DNA of 34,439 bases from a virus (Duplodnaviria; Caudoviricetes), in the IMG/VR virus record IMGVR_UViG_3300020220_000175, positions 1-34,439 of that record. One strand, given 5' to 3'. The notes below the pieces were generated by a model. It did not search any database, was not told the DNA's origin, and saw nothing but the letters and a program-made list of their open reading frames with translations. Shown here in pieces: positions 15,013 through 24,833 of this stretch. Within the stretch, counting starts at the first letter, position 1, and each line of letters starts with the position of its first letter. Both the position numbers and the translations under genes were made by a program.

Positions 15013-15663
15013 TTATAATTGTGTAGGACATTCAAACAGATAATCTCTAAATGTAAATATTGCAACAAATGTTCCATATCCAGAAGCTTCCGAGCTCAAT
15101 GTTGTTGGGGTTATAGACATTGGGAATACATCGTTCAGTGTGATTTTTGCAGTTACTCTTTTTCCATCTACCTTTCCTCCGGGAGAACCAGAAGAATTTG
15201 ATGTTACAGATAAACAATTTATTTGTATGTTTCCAGAAAATACAGAATATGGATTTGTATAGTCAGCAAAATCCGCAGCAGATGGTGCGGCAGACCCACC
15301 CCCGCCACCACCGCCACCTACAGATTTTATTCCCGTTGGTATTACTTTATCCATCCAAGACTCAATATATTTTCTTTCGTACCAATCCTGATATATTATA
15401 AATGACATTGCACATTCACCATATTCTCTTTTTACTGGAATATTGAAATCGGGGCCCCAGTTACTAAAGGGAGTTGAGATGAAAGATCTTGGTGGTAGTG
15501 CAACATTTTCTGGATATGTTACAAACGCGGGCAAGCCTCCAGGACCTTGTAGTAGAACTTCATATCTACTAACTTGTTGCAACCCCCCACCAAAGGTTAA
15601 GATTTTTTTCTTAAAATCGGTTACAGTTTGACCTGGACTAAATGCTCTATTGAATTGGCTCAA
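15013..15663 (-). CDS. Tail tube family protein (gp54/gp19-like baseplate-tube initiator)
   Basis: RYEV...VALP.R...GP...IP...F...ERKYIESWMD...LNDVFPMSI...FTFR; contains a Gly8 insert. Confidence 0.75.
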   Translation of the reverse strand: MSQFNRAFSPGQTVTDFKKKILTFGGGLQQVSRYEVLLQGPGGLPAFVTYPENVALPPRSFISTPFSNWGPDFNIPVKREYGECAMSFIIYQDWYERKYIESWMDKVIPTGIKSVGGGGGGGGSAAPSAADFADYTNPYSVFSGNIQINCLSVTSNSSGSPGGKVDGKRVTAKITLNDVFPMSITPTTLSSEASGYGTFVAIFTFRDYLFECPTQL

Positions 15664-16091
15664 AACAGTTCCTCCTCTGTCAGTATCTTAAATGATATTT
15701 CGTGTTTATCGCAAAACTGTTTTGCTGATTCCCATTTTGCAGTGTTTATGGCAAAAGTTATACTTTCCGAAAGCATTGTTCTTTTTGACTTCTTGAGTTT
15801 TTGTGGTTCTTTTGTTTGCTTTTTTGGTTTTATTTCAATTATGCTAGTTTTTATGTTTCCATCTTTGTCTTTTGTTTCCACTAAAAAATCAGGAATATAG
15901 TTGTGTACCTTTTTATCCACAGGAGAAAAGTAAGGTATTTTAATTGCCTCAAATGACCATCTTACAACATTTTTATTGTTGTCCAGATATTTGCAAAATT
16001 TTCTTTCCCACAATGATCTGCATAAAATATTGTTTGTATCTCCTATATACTTTGTGGGGTTTTCTGGAATGTATTTTGTTTTGTATGGCAT
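15660..16091 (-). CDS. gp4: Head completion nuclease gp4 (TnsA-like PD-(D/E)xK)
   Basis: KY.P.NP.KY.GD...RSLWERKFC...WS.E...IPY.SPVD...Y.PDF...IEIKP...NTAKW..A...FKILTE. Confidence 0.9.
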   Translation of the reverse strand: MPYKTKYIPENPTKYIGDTNNILCRSLWERKFCKYLDNNKNVVRWSFEAIKIPYFSPVDKKVHNYIPDFLVETKDKDGNIKTSIIEIKPKKQTKEPQKLKKSKRTMLSESITFAINTAKWESAKQFCDKHEISFKILTEEELF

Positions 16092-16096
16092 CAGTA

Positions 16097-16104
16097 TATT
16101 TATA
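16097..16104 (-). promoter_or_regulatory. T4-type late promoter TATAAATA
   Basis: TATTTATA on the + strand, 5 nt from the gp4 ATG. Confidence 0.75.
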
Positions 16105-16121
16105 ACAGATTGGTAAAATAA

Positions 16122-16979
16122 ATGGCAACTTACATATATCCAGCATCTCCCGGATTACAACAAAGAATACCTCTTTGGTTAAAGTTTTTTGTCTACGAAT
16201 ATAATAGTAACTCGGTAATGAGATCTACTGCAAATTCTGGAGATGGTTCTTTGCCCAGTGGAATTATACTTGATGAAATATATGTTCCTGCTCCATCTGA
16301 ATTCTCTACATTCGCAGATGCAGCATACAATACAGCAATTAATTCTGAAGACACAGCAACTAAAGCAGACCCTAGAGCAACTATTGGAATGATTGGTAAT
16401 TTTATACCAGGTCTTGGTGGAGCATTAGTCAAGGGAGCACTAGCAGTGATGGATGCAGCTGAAAATATAGGTCAAGCAGTTTCAGATCTAACAGTTGGTA
16501 ACATAACGAGTATGGACATGTCAGATACAACATTTCAAGGGGTAAACAAACGGGTATATACCTTTAGAATTTTGTTTGGATCTTTGACACCTGCCGATTC
16601 GGCGGCCGCATCAAAAATTTGTCAGGCATTTCAAGCATACCAATTACCAACTGTACTAGGATACCCCCTAGCATCTAAAGTTAGACACCCACCTCTGTGG
16701 AGATTTGGGATTGGTGACAAGAATAATGCAAATGTAGATCCAGATTGGTGTGGTCAACCACAGTGGGCACTAATGGATGGTTGTACAATCAATAAGTCTG
16801 CATTTAAAAATTCATATGCAATGTCTGAAGGTGGTAAGTTGAAACCATTGGCACAATCTGCAACTTTAACTTTTGTTGAATTGGAACCGGCTCTAAGATC
16901 TGCTGGTAGTACAGGGATAATTTCAAGATCGACTGCACTGGTGACTGGTGGTGCATCTGGGGTAGTAGCAGGAGGTTAA
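16122..16979 (+). CDS. gp48: Baseplate tail-tube cap gp48-like
   Basis: IYVPAP...FQGVNKRVYTF...HPPLW...ATLTFVELEP; positioned before gp53. Confidence 0.7.
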   Translation: MATYIYPASPGLQQRIPLWLKFFVYEYNSNSVMRSTANSGDGSLPSGIILDEIYVPAPSEFSTFADAAYNTAINSEDTATKADPRATIGMIGNFIPGLGGALVKGALAVMDAAENIGQAVSDLTVGNITSMDMSDTTFQGVNKRVYTFRILFGSLTPADSAAASKICQAFQAYQLPTVLGYPLASKVRHPPLWRFGIGDKNNANVDPDWCGQPQWALMDGCTINKSAFKNSYAMSEGGKLKPLAQSATLTFVELEPALRSAGSTGIISRSTALVTGGASGVVAGG

Positions 16980-16980
16980 T

Positions 16981-17928
16981 TTGTTTTTTAATTCATTTCC
17001 CACAATAGATTATAATTTCCCAAATGGTAAAACTTTACCAATTCTTGATATATTTAAAAGAGTATCACTAACACAAGAAACCCTAGAAAATAATAAACTA
17101 TTTGACACTTATTTTATTACTGAAGGATTTAGTCCAGAAAAAATAGCATTTGATTACTATGGAGATCCTAAATTTTCTTGGTTTTTATTCATGATGAATT
17201 CAATAGTAGATCCACACACAGAGTGGCCGATGGATTACGATAGTTTCCTCACTCATCTCAATAACAAGTACAAAGGAATTTCATTTTTTATAGTTGCTAC
17301 TCCAGAGTTACTACCGGGTGACATAATAATTAAAAGCAATAGTAGCGGAACCACTATAGATCAAGATAATTATTCTGTTATTTTGGATTGGAGAAGAGAA
17401 ACAAGAAATATTGTAATATATGGGGGAGAAGGAACATTATCAAATAGCGACTATGTGATGTTTTTAAGAAAAGAAGGAAATGCATTTACTATACTGAATA
17501 CTAACACCTCAAACAATGTTGTTCAATTAGCAAGAAGAACAGTTCCAAATTTACAAACTCCAAGATATTTTATATTTAGAAGAAACTCGTTTGATGAAAT
17601 CATAAGTCCATATAGAATTCTAAATGGAACCAATTTAACAACTTATAGCGCAGATCCTAATAGTAATAGTGTAGCAGTTCCCGGAAGTTATACAGATACA
17701 ACTACATTATATAACACAGTATTATATAAGTACATAACAAACGGGTTAAGCAGTGCTACTGGAATTAGTGTAAAAACATTTCAGCAATATGAATTGGATG
17801 AATTAAATAAAAGACAAACAATAAAAATACCAAAACAGCAAACTATACCTCTATTATATGATCTGTATAAGAGAGCTATAAATACTGATACATTAGGAAG
17901 ATCCCTAACAATAACGGTAAATACTTAA
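16981..17928 (+). CDS. gp53: Baseplate wedge gp53
   Basis: FFNSFPTIDY...DIFKRV...PEKIAFDYYGDP..W...N.IVDP..EWP...YE..LN.RQTIKIPK; TTG start. Confidence 0.85.
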   Translation: MFFNSFPTIDYNFPNGKTLPILDIFKRVSLTQETLENNKLFDTYFITEGFSPEKIAFDYYGDPKFSWFLFMMNSIVDPHTEWPMDYDSFLTHLNNKYKGISFFIVATPELLPGDIIIKSNSSGTTIDQDNYSVILDWRRETRNIVIYGGEGTLSNSDYVMFLRKEGNAFTILNTNTSNNVVQLARRTVPNLQTPRYFIFRRNSFDEIISPYRILNGTNLTTYSADPNSNSVAVPGSYTDTTTLYNTVLYKYITNGLSSATGISVKTFQQYELDELNKRQTIKIPKQQTIPLLYDLYKRAINTDTLGRSLTITVNT

Positions 17929-17929
17929 T

Positions 17930-20900
17930 ATGAATGAAGAATTAAACGAATTAGCAAAAGATCAGCCAAGTCCATTTGTATCATTTCTTTCAAGTATCAA
18001 GATTGAAAAGATTGATAATATTCTAGAAGAAAAGTCTAACTGGAATGTTCTTAGTACATTTGAAGTAGTAGATGCACAAAATTCTGGATTGGGTCAGTCA
18101 AGATTGATGGGTCTTCATATTACGGAAAGTATGTTTACTCCGTTCATATCCGGTCACATCGATGTCATGGATAAACATGACTGGATCGCTCAAATGAACT
18201 TGAACGGTAGTGAAAAAATAACAATAAAATTTTCATTTATCGATAGTCTTGAACCTTTAACTTTAGAGTTTTTCGTTTTCTCTGCTAGAATTATTAATGA
18301 CTTTGCAGGAGTAAATTCACCAAAGATTGAAACTGGAGAAAAGGCTACAATCTATAGATTAGAATTTTTATCCGATGAAATTTTTAATGCAAATTTTAAC
18401 AAGTCTATTTTAGAATTAGATAAAGATTTCATAGGATTGATAGCAAAAGGCGGAAATGGTGGAGCAGGATCGGGGGCAGTTCAAAATTTAAATACTGTTC
18501 CAGGTTTAATTGAAACCATAGCAACTAAACTAAAATTAGAACCAATAGAAATAGAAGGAACCAAAAACGGTATTTGGCTAAAGAGTGACGAAATCAGCTA
18601 TCCAAGTGGCATTCAACAAGGACAAATCAACATAGCAAATTTAATGAGTTATGTTACTAATAATGCCGTTCCTAAAGAAAACACAAAAGCACCAAACTTT
18701 TTCTTTTGGAAAGATAGAGATGGTTGGCATTTTAAGTCGGTAGAGAAAATTATAAAAGAAAGTGAAGAGTCCGATGAACTTGTAACTTTCGAAATGAATA
18801 CCGATAATCTTCAAAACAAATATAGAATTCTTTCTGTAGAAGTAGATAAACTTTCTGATAAATTGTCAATGTTCCAAGATAGTGCGTTTATGTCGCATTA
18901 TATTAAAATGGAACCAAATTATGAAAATTTGTATTCTGATTTTTTAAGTAGTAAAGCAGGATTTACATATTCTACAGTTGACTATGATTATCATAGAGAT
19001 TTTCCGTTAGTTAAACATATAGAAAAATATAAACTAATACCAGATCAAGTTCCAACTAATCCTGTTAAAATTCTTTCTGGCGATAATAAAAAAATACCAA
19101 TGCCGGCGACTCGGCTTAGAGATAATACATTTGGGTATTATAAAACTAATATATTAAATACACCATTTGAATACAACATTCATCATTCATCCGATGTCGG
19201 GTTTGGATCTAAACCCGACAATCCAAATTTTGTTTGGTGGGATTACTTAGATAGAGAAAGAGATTCTAGATGGTCGAATGTTGCTTGGCAACCGCAGTTT
19301 GATATAACAGAATTAGAAATTCAAAAACTATATACAATTTATACAAAAATTCGTCAACCTTTAGAAGAAAAGAGAAAAGAGTTTGTAAAACTCAAGAATC
19401 TAAAAAGGGAATGGGAAGTTTATAGATGTGTTGTATGTTGTGCTACTAACTCTATTGGAAGCACAGCAGATGTTAAATTATTTAATGATCCATCAGGTAT
19501 AACAAATCCAGATGAATTTAAAATGCTTTTTGGAAATGATGGAATATTTGGCGGAGAACAAGAATACAAGATTGTTGCCGCGGGATCTTTCACTGATACT
19601 ATAAATTATGATTCTGCATTTTCCGAAATACAGCATGGATTAAGTTTAGCAATAAATGTAAATAATCCATCTTTCATGCTGCCTCAAGGTGTAAATGGAG
19701 AAGACTACAAACCAAACGAATGGTATAAGTCTTCAATAGGACAATTCTTTAATTTAAATGATACCATAACAAGTTATACACAAGGTGTTTTGTCTAGAGG
19801 CCTCGTGCAATATGAATTTGAAAAACAAGTACTTAATACAAAATTAACAAATGCTAAAACATTTTTAGAAAAAGTACCAAATTATATTGAAAAAGCAAAT
19901 CAATGGATAGAAAGTAGATTGCTAGATTGTTGTAATAAATTAGAATCAACCGCATCTGAAGAGATTCAAACATTTACATCTTCCCTTGCTGATGATGTTG
20001 ATTATTCTGCACTTTGTAATGTTTTACCATCACCAGCAGGACAATTAATATTTGCAACTGATCCTAGTAATTTCTATGACTATTTTTCTAATTCATATTC
20101 AGGTGAGTTTGCTGGAGGAAACGGAGAAATACTACCATATCCTGACTCAAATTTTGATGCAACTGATAGTTGTTCCGTTGATGCTTGGGGATATCAGGTT
20201 GGTCGCCGTGGGTCATCTAGGTACAAAAATTATTATGATTCACATAATAATTTTAATACTTACTACTATACTGATTATAATTATAATTTTAATACTCCTC
20301 ACACTGAGATTTATAATTGGATACAACATATTCTATCTGGTGAGGAAAGTGTTTATGATCCTGAAGCTGATGATGGAAGTCAAATTCTAAAGTATGAAAA
20401 GTGTAGAGCCACAGGGGTAATTCGTTATTCTGGCTCCTATGGTCAACTGAATTGGTCAAATTCAAAATATAATGGACTTAACATACCAGAAGTGCGTCAA
20501 GATGAAATTCAAAATCTTGGTGGTATTCCTACTCTTAGAAGATGTACTGGTGCGGCCGCAAGAAATTCTTTTATAACTATTTCGTTTGGACAATTTAATT
20601 TTGTTCCATGTGGTGCTCAAAATGTTTTACTGAGTGATTTAGATGCATCGGCGGCCGCGAGGGCGCTTGCTAATGATGGTTACATCTATGGAGATGCCGC
20701 AAAAAACGGAACATCATCTGTAATTCCATATACATTTCCAATCGGGGGATTTTATTGCTTTGGTGATCCAAGAAAACAAGAAAATCAAACATCAACGGCG
20801 GATAAATGGTTTGCTTATGATCATAATTGGTGTCAACAGTGTAGATGGCAAACAGATAACTTTACAGATTTAGAATCGCAATGTTATCTTGTAGATAAAT

Positions 20901-23900
20901 GGATGACAGAAATATATGGAGTATCTGGGGCATCTGCTCCTCCTGAAGAAGTATTTTTGTGGGAGAGTTTTAGAAAAAAATTAGAAGATAAAATAAATCA
21001 AGATACACAAAGTTCTTGCGGTAGATATATCGTACAACCACTTACTAGATTAATTTTTTCAACCATTGGTGAAGGTATAGACACTGGCACAGATATCTCT
21101 CCCCCTATATTTAATCAGTCACAGAGCCTTCTTTCAACCGTTTTAGGCCAATGTGCCATGAGAAAAACAAAAAGTTTAGTTCCGAAAGGCGATATCACAG
21201 TACTAAATGATATAACTCGCGGACCTTGTAGTGATGAGCCAACTTTTTATAATGGAAAACCCTGTGATCATGAATATGATACTAATGATACAACCTGGAA
21301 CGTAGGGTACGAAGTATATAATCAACCATATATGTCATGTGCCGAGTGTGGATATGTTGGTGGACTTTGGCTTCCATTATTTTCTGTACAAAAAGTACTG
21401 ACAAGTGTGGAAGGAGAAACCAGTTGTCAACCAGGAGGTCCTGCTTGCTTAAACAAAGGATGTACTGATACATTAACTGGAAGTGTATTTAGTAGAGAAC
21501 CATCCGCTTGTGTTGGATTTAATTATGTGGATGGTCTTGGAGAAATTCCTTTAATAGTTCTACCTTCCAATAAATGTATAAAATGTAACAATTTCTTAGA
21601 ATCAGAGAATGATAAGGAATTTGATAAATCTAATTGTTGCAATTGTTCTCCCGAACAAGAAAAATCTTTTGTTGACTATAAAACAGATGAAACCCTTGAG
21701 TGGTGTAGAGAATGCTCAAAGGATCAATTTGTCAATCTATTAGCACAATACATTGGTTCTGAAGATAATTGGTATAACTCTTATGGGTATATTCCTGGTG
21801 GTGGATCTGGATTTACAGATCTTGATGAATATATCGGTCTTAATTCAAATTTACAAGTGACAAGACAATGTTTACAAGATGATAATTGTTATAATAAATT
21901 ATGTTTCAATCCATTATATCTTGAAGCAGAAGCCCGAAGAGCGAAACAAGAAATTAAAATACTAGAAGCTCAAATAAAATTATTAGATTATACAAAAAAC
22001 ATAGTACAACAAGGACTTGTTTCTCAATTTAATACACTATATCAAGAGTGGTGGAATAGAAAAGCATTCTTTTATTCTAAGATTCCCGGTAAAAATATAT
22101 TTACTGATGTTTCAACTGGTATAACAGGAAGCATCGAAGGCGGAAGAACCGGTCCAGTTATATCTGATTTATCTTTGTTCAATATTAAGTCCATAAAGAA
22201 AAAATCAATTAGAGGTAGTCGTTATGAGTTGTTAGCAAAAAATAAAGGTATAACCGGAGCACAAATAGGAGAATGGTTATATAACTTTGCATGGAATATA
22301 CCGGCTCAAGACGAACCAGTATCTACCCAAGCAAATACTAAACACCCATATTATTCTCAAAAATATCAATCTAATTTTATATCACAAAGACAAGTGTTTA
22401 AAAATTATAATTATTTAAATTATAATAAATTTAATGATTTTCCATTTGGTGAGTATGCAGAACAACCATATGCACCAGATGAAAAATTTTGTTTTAATAT
22501 TGTTAATGCAGAAAGCACAATAATTTCATTACCAGAAACTCAAGTTAGTTTAATAGATAACATTGAATTAGAAGTAAATGAACAATTGCAGTTTACTCAA
22601 AATGATTTATCTCAAGGTGTTGATCCGGTAAATTATCACAATACATTTAATATTTTTAATATTAATGAAAATTCAATACCAGCAAACCTAAAGAAAGAGC
22701 AACTTTCAACATATGTCAGAATTGAATTTGAAACACCAATAGGACTGGATAGAATCATAGACTTCCCTGATGGGTTTGTTCGTGATGCAGGAACAGAGTA
22801 TTTCTTACCATATCTGGTATCTTTAACTGCGGGTCCAACCGGTCGTCAAACTATAAGAAATAATGTAGTTGTTATTGGTATGGATCCCTATGGGTTTGAT
22901 GTTGCTGTTAAGAAATCTCCAATTTCAGATGAAGAAACCGATAAACAACAACACTGGTGGGATGAATATAGAAATCTAAATGATACTTCATTAACAAACA
23001 ACGGAATGGATCTTTGGCCAGAAGTTGGGTTTGAAACTAACTATCCATATTATGCATCAGATCCAAAGGGTTGGTGGTGGAAGTCATCGTGGTATCATGG
23101 AGAAGGAACTCCAGATCTGAAGTTGGAAAATACAAATAGTTATGATATATTCTCTAGATCCGCAGATGTAGATCCAGAGTATAAAGAAAGTGCTCACGGT
23201 AGTGGTTATCTACAATACTCGTATAGAAAAGTAAAACCACATAGATCATGGTGGTCTTTCCATATCCCAAAGAATATATTCATACCACAAAAACTATTCC
23301 CAATATTAGCAAAGAAATTTGGATCAATGACAGGATCTTCTAGTGGTGTTCTTGGTGATATTTACGCATACAAGTATCAAGATTACTACTGGTGGTATGG
23401 CGACGACTTAGACCGTTGGTTGAGATTAACGGAAGATGGAAAAAATCTAGCAGAAGGCATTAAAATGCTAAGTGTTAGATCGGCTGAATTTGGAGGAACA
23501 GAACCACTTTCAAATTATGCACATGTACACAATGAGGATTCTTTAGATCTTGTTGATGGTGCAGTAGAAAAATACTTCTACGAAACTACACTTCACTGGT
23601 TAAGAGGTGACTTTGTAATGTATAAACCAGGTTTATTAACTGAAGATGTATGGAAATATGACTTAACTGGGGAAACTGAGTACGGTTTAGTATCTCCAAA
23701 AACAATGGCACCAAACTACGATGTATTTGATGATAATTTCTCAGCACAGTTCATAGTTTTCTCCAGAGATACAAAAAATCTTTGTAAAACTTTCACTTGT
23801 GCAAATCCAAATGGAACAGTTTCAAATTCAATTTGTCCTCCAAATGATCCTTATTGTTTGTGTCCTGCAAAAGATAGAATGCCAAAGGAAAATGAACCTA

Positions 23901-24418
23901 GTTACTTGGAACTTTATAGAAAATATAAAGAAATCAAAGAATGTGAACTAATCAAGAAAAATCTAGGAGAACAATATCTTGGATGCATATGGAGCGATCC
24001 ATCAAACCCATGCAGTTGTAATTGTCCAGAGGTAGGAGAAAAGTTTGTTGATTACTTAAAGTATACTAGAACCTATGCAACATTCTGGGATACTCCTAGA
24101 GCAACACCACTTATCAGAAAAGCACTAATGACGCAACTTGCCTCTCAGCAAATTTCTGTTCAAATTCCTGCTACTAGTAAGGTTAAAATTGGTAACATTA
24201 TCCAAATAAATCACTACGCAGGAATAAATCTAAGTTTTGAAAGACAAGAGAAAAACTTACACGGTAAATGGTTGGTTGCTGAAATTGTAAACTCATTCTA
24301 CAAGGATGCGAATCAAAGCATGAGAATGACTCTAATACGAGATTCGTCTCCAGTTGAACCAGATTACACCTACAGTATAATCAGAGATTTATTAGGGGGA
24401 GCAGGCTTTTTAATTTAA
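17930..24418 (+). CDS. Giant baseplate hub (gp27/gpD-like termini) with a very large Cys-rich insertion
   Basis: N-terminal ITESMF.PFISG.I.V.D...LNG.EKI.I.F and FFFWKDRDGWHFKS; C-terminal VQIP....KIG.II.I...GKWLVAEI...LIRDS; position after gp53. Confidence 0.65.
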   Translation: MNEELNELAKDQPSPFVSFLSSIKIEKIDNILEEKSNWNVLSTFEVVDAQNSGLGQSRLMGLHITESMFTPFISGHIDVMDKHDWIAQMNLNGSEKITIKFSFIDSLEPLTLEFFVFSARIINDFAGVNSPKIETGEKATIYRLEFLSDEIFNANFNKSILELDKDFIGLIAKGGNGGAGSGAVQNLNTVPGLIETIATKLKLEPIEIEGTKNGIWLKSDEISYPSGIQQGQINIANLMSYVTNNAVPKENTKAPNFFFWKDRDGWHFKSVEKIIKESEESDELVTFEMNTDNLQNKYRILSVEVDKLSDKLSMFQDSAFMSHYIKMEPNYENLYSDFLSSKAGFTYSTVDYDYHRDFPLVKHIEKYKLIPDQVPTNPVKILSGDNKKIPMPATRLRDNTFGYYKTNILNTPFEYNIHHSSDVGFGSKPDNPNFVWWDYLDRERDSRWSNVAWQPQFDITELEIQKLYTIYTKIRQPLEEKRKEFVKLKNLKREWEVYRCVVCCATNSIGSTADVKLFNDPSGITNPDEFKMLFGNDGIFGGEQEYKIVAAGSFTDTINYDSAFSEIQHGLSLAINVNNPSFMLPQGVNGEDYKPNEWYKSSIGQFFNLNDTITSYTQGVLSRGLVQYEFEKQVLNTKLTNAKTFLEKVPNYIEKANQWIESRLLDCCNKLESTASEEIQTFTSSLADDVDYSALCNVLPSPAGQLIFATDPSNFYDYFSNSYSGEFAGGNGEILPYPDSNFDATDSCSVDAWGYQVGRRGSSRYKNYYDSHNNFNTYYYTDYNYNFNTPHTEIYNWIQHILSGEESVYDPEADDGSQILKYEKCRATGVIRYSGSYGQLNWSNSKYNGLNIPEVRQDEIQNLGGIPTLRRCTGAAARNSFITISFGQFNFVPCGAQNVLLSDLDASAAARALANDGYIYGDAAKNGTSSVIPYTFPIGGFYCFGDPRKQENQTSTADKWFAYDHNWCQQCRWQTDNFTDLESQCYLVDKWMTEIYGVSGASAPPEEVFLWESFRKKLEDKINQDTQSSCGRYIVQPLTRLIFSTIGEGIDTGTDISPPIFNQSQSLLSTVLGQCAMRKTKSLVPKGDITVLNDITRGPCSDEPTFYNGKPCDHEYDTNDTTWNVGYEVYNQPYMSCAECGYVGGLWLPLFSVQKVLTSVEGETSCQPGGPACLNKGCTDTLTGSVFSREPSACVGFNYVDGLGEIPLIVLPSNKCIKCNNFLESENDKEFDKSNCCNCSPEQEKSFVDYKTDETLEWCRECSKDQFVNLLAQYIGSEDNWYNSYGYIPGGGSGFTDLDEYIGLNSNLQVTRQCLQDDNCYNKLCFNPLYLEAEARRAKQEIKILEAQIKLLDYTKNIVQQGLVSQFNTLYQEWWNRKAFFYSKIPGKNIFTDVSTGITGSIEGGRTGPVISDLSLFNIKSIKKKSIRGSRYELLAKNKGITGAQIGEWLYNFAWNIPAQDEPVSTQANTKHPYYSQKYQSNFISQRQVFKNYNYLNYNKFNDFPFGEYAEQPYAPDEKFCFNIVNAESTIISLPETQVSLIDNIELEVNEQLQFTQNDLSQGVDPVNYHNTFNIFNINENSIPANLKKEQLSTYVRIEFETPIGLDRIIDFPDGFVRDAGTEYFLPYLVSLTAGPTGRQTIRNNVVVIGMDPYGFDVAVKKSPISDEETDKQQHWWDEYRNLNDTSLTNNGMDLWPEVGFETNYPYYASDPKGWWWKSSWYHGEGTPDLKLENTNSYDIFSRSADVDPEYKESAHGSGYLQYSYRKVKPHRSWWSFHIPKNIFIPQKLFPILAKKFGSMTGSSSGVLGDIYAYKYQDYYWWYGDDLDRWLRLTEDGKNLAEGIKMLSVRSAEFGGTEPLSNYAHVHNEDSLDLVDGAVEKYFYETTLHWLRGDFVMYKPGLLTEDVWKYDLTGETEYGLVSPKTMAPNYDVFDDNFSAQFIVFSRDTKNLCKTFTCANPNGTVSNSICPPNDPYCLCPAKDRMPKENEPSYLELYRKYKEIKECELIKKNLGEQYLGCIWSDPSNPCSCNCPEVGEKFVDYLKYTRTYATFWDTPRATPLIRKALMTQLASQQISVQIPATSKVKIGNIIQINHYAGINLSFERQEKNLHGKWLVAEIVNSFYKDANQSMRMTLIRDSSPVEPDYTYSIIRDLLGGAGFLI

Positions 24419-24426
24419 TATAAATA
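24419..24426 (+). promoter_or_regulatory. T4-type late promoter TATAAATA
   Basis: Exact consensus between the hub stop and the gp25 start. Confidence 0.75.
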
Positions 24427-24431
24427 GTGGC

Positions 24432-24833
24432 ATGCAATTAACCTCAAATCTATATTCAGATATACCTTTTTTTCTGACAAAAAATTCATTTACAAATGAT
24501 ATTAATGTCAAGAAAGATTTAAACTGCATAAAACAGTCAATCAAAAATATAATTTTGACTAGATTTGGTGAAAAACCATTTGATTATAGATTTGGTAGTT
24601 TGATATATTCATTGCTATTTGAAACAATAGACAACAATGACATGAGGATGACCCAATATAAAGTTCAAATGCAATCTGTTATCAATACATATGAACCAAG
24701 AGTAGTAGTTACCGATGTTAATTATTCTATAAGCACCGTAGATACTAATTACCTCGATATAGAAATTGTTTATGCAGTACAAAATCCAAGAACTGTTCAA
24801 ACATTGGTTATAAGCGTAGAGAGGACTAGGTAA
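24432..24833 (+). CDS. gp25: Baseplate wedge gp25
   Basis: YSDI...IKQSIKNIILTRFGEKPF...FGS....LLFE...YEPRV. Confidence 0.92.
   Translation: MQLTSNLYSDIPFFLTKNSFTNDINVKKDLNCIKQSIKNIILTRFGEKPFDYRFGSLIYSLLFETIDNNDMRMTQYKVQMQSVINTYEPRVVVTDVNYSISTVDTNYLDIEIVYAVQNPRTVQTLVISVERTR

Noticed and set aside
19400-24050. Intein or intron as the explanation for the hub insertion
   Set aside because: The frame is continuous, with no convincing intein blocks or LAGLIDADG/HNH motifs; the lone HNT lacks the surrounding block F/G context.
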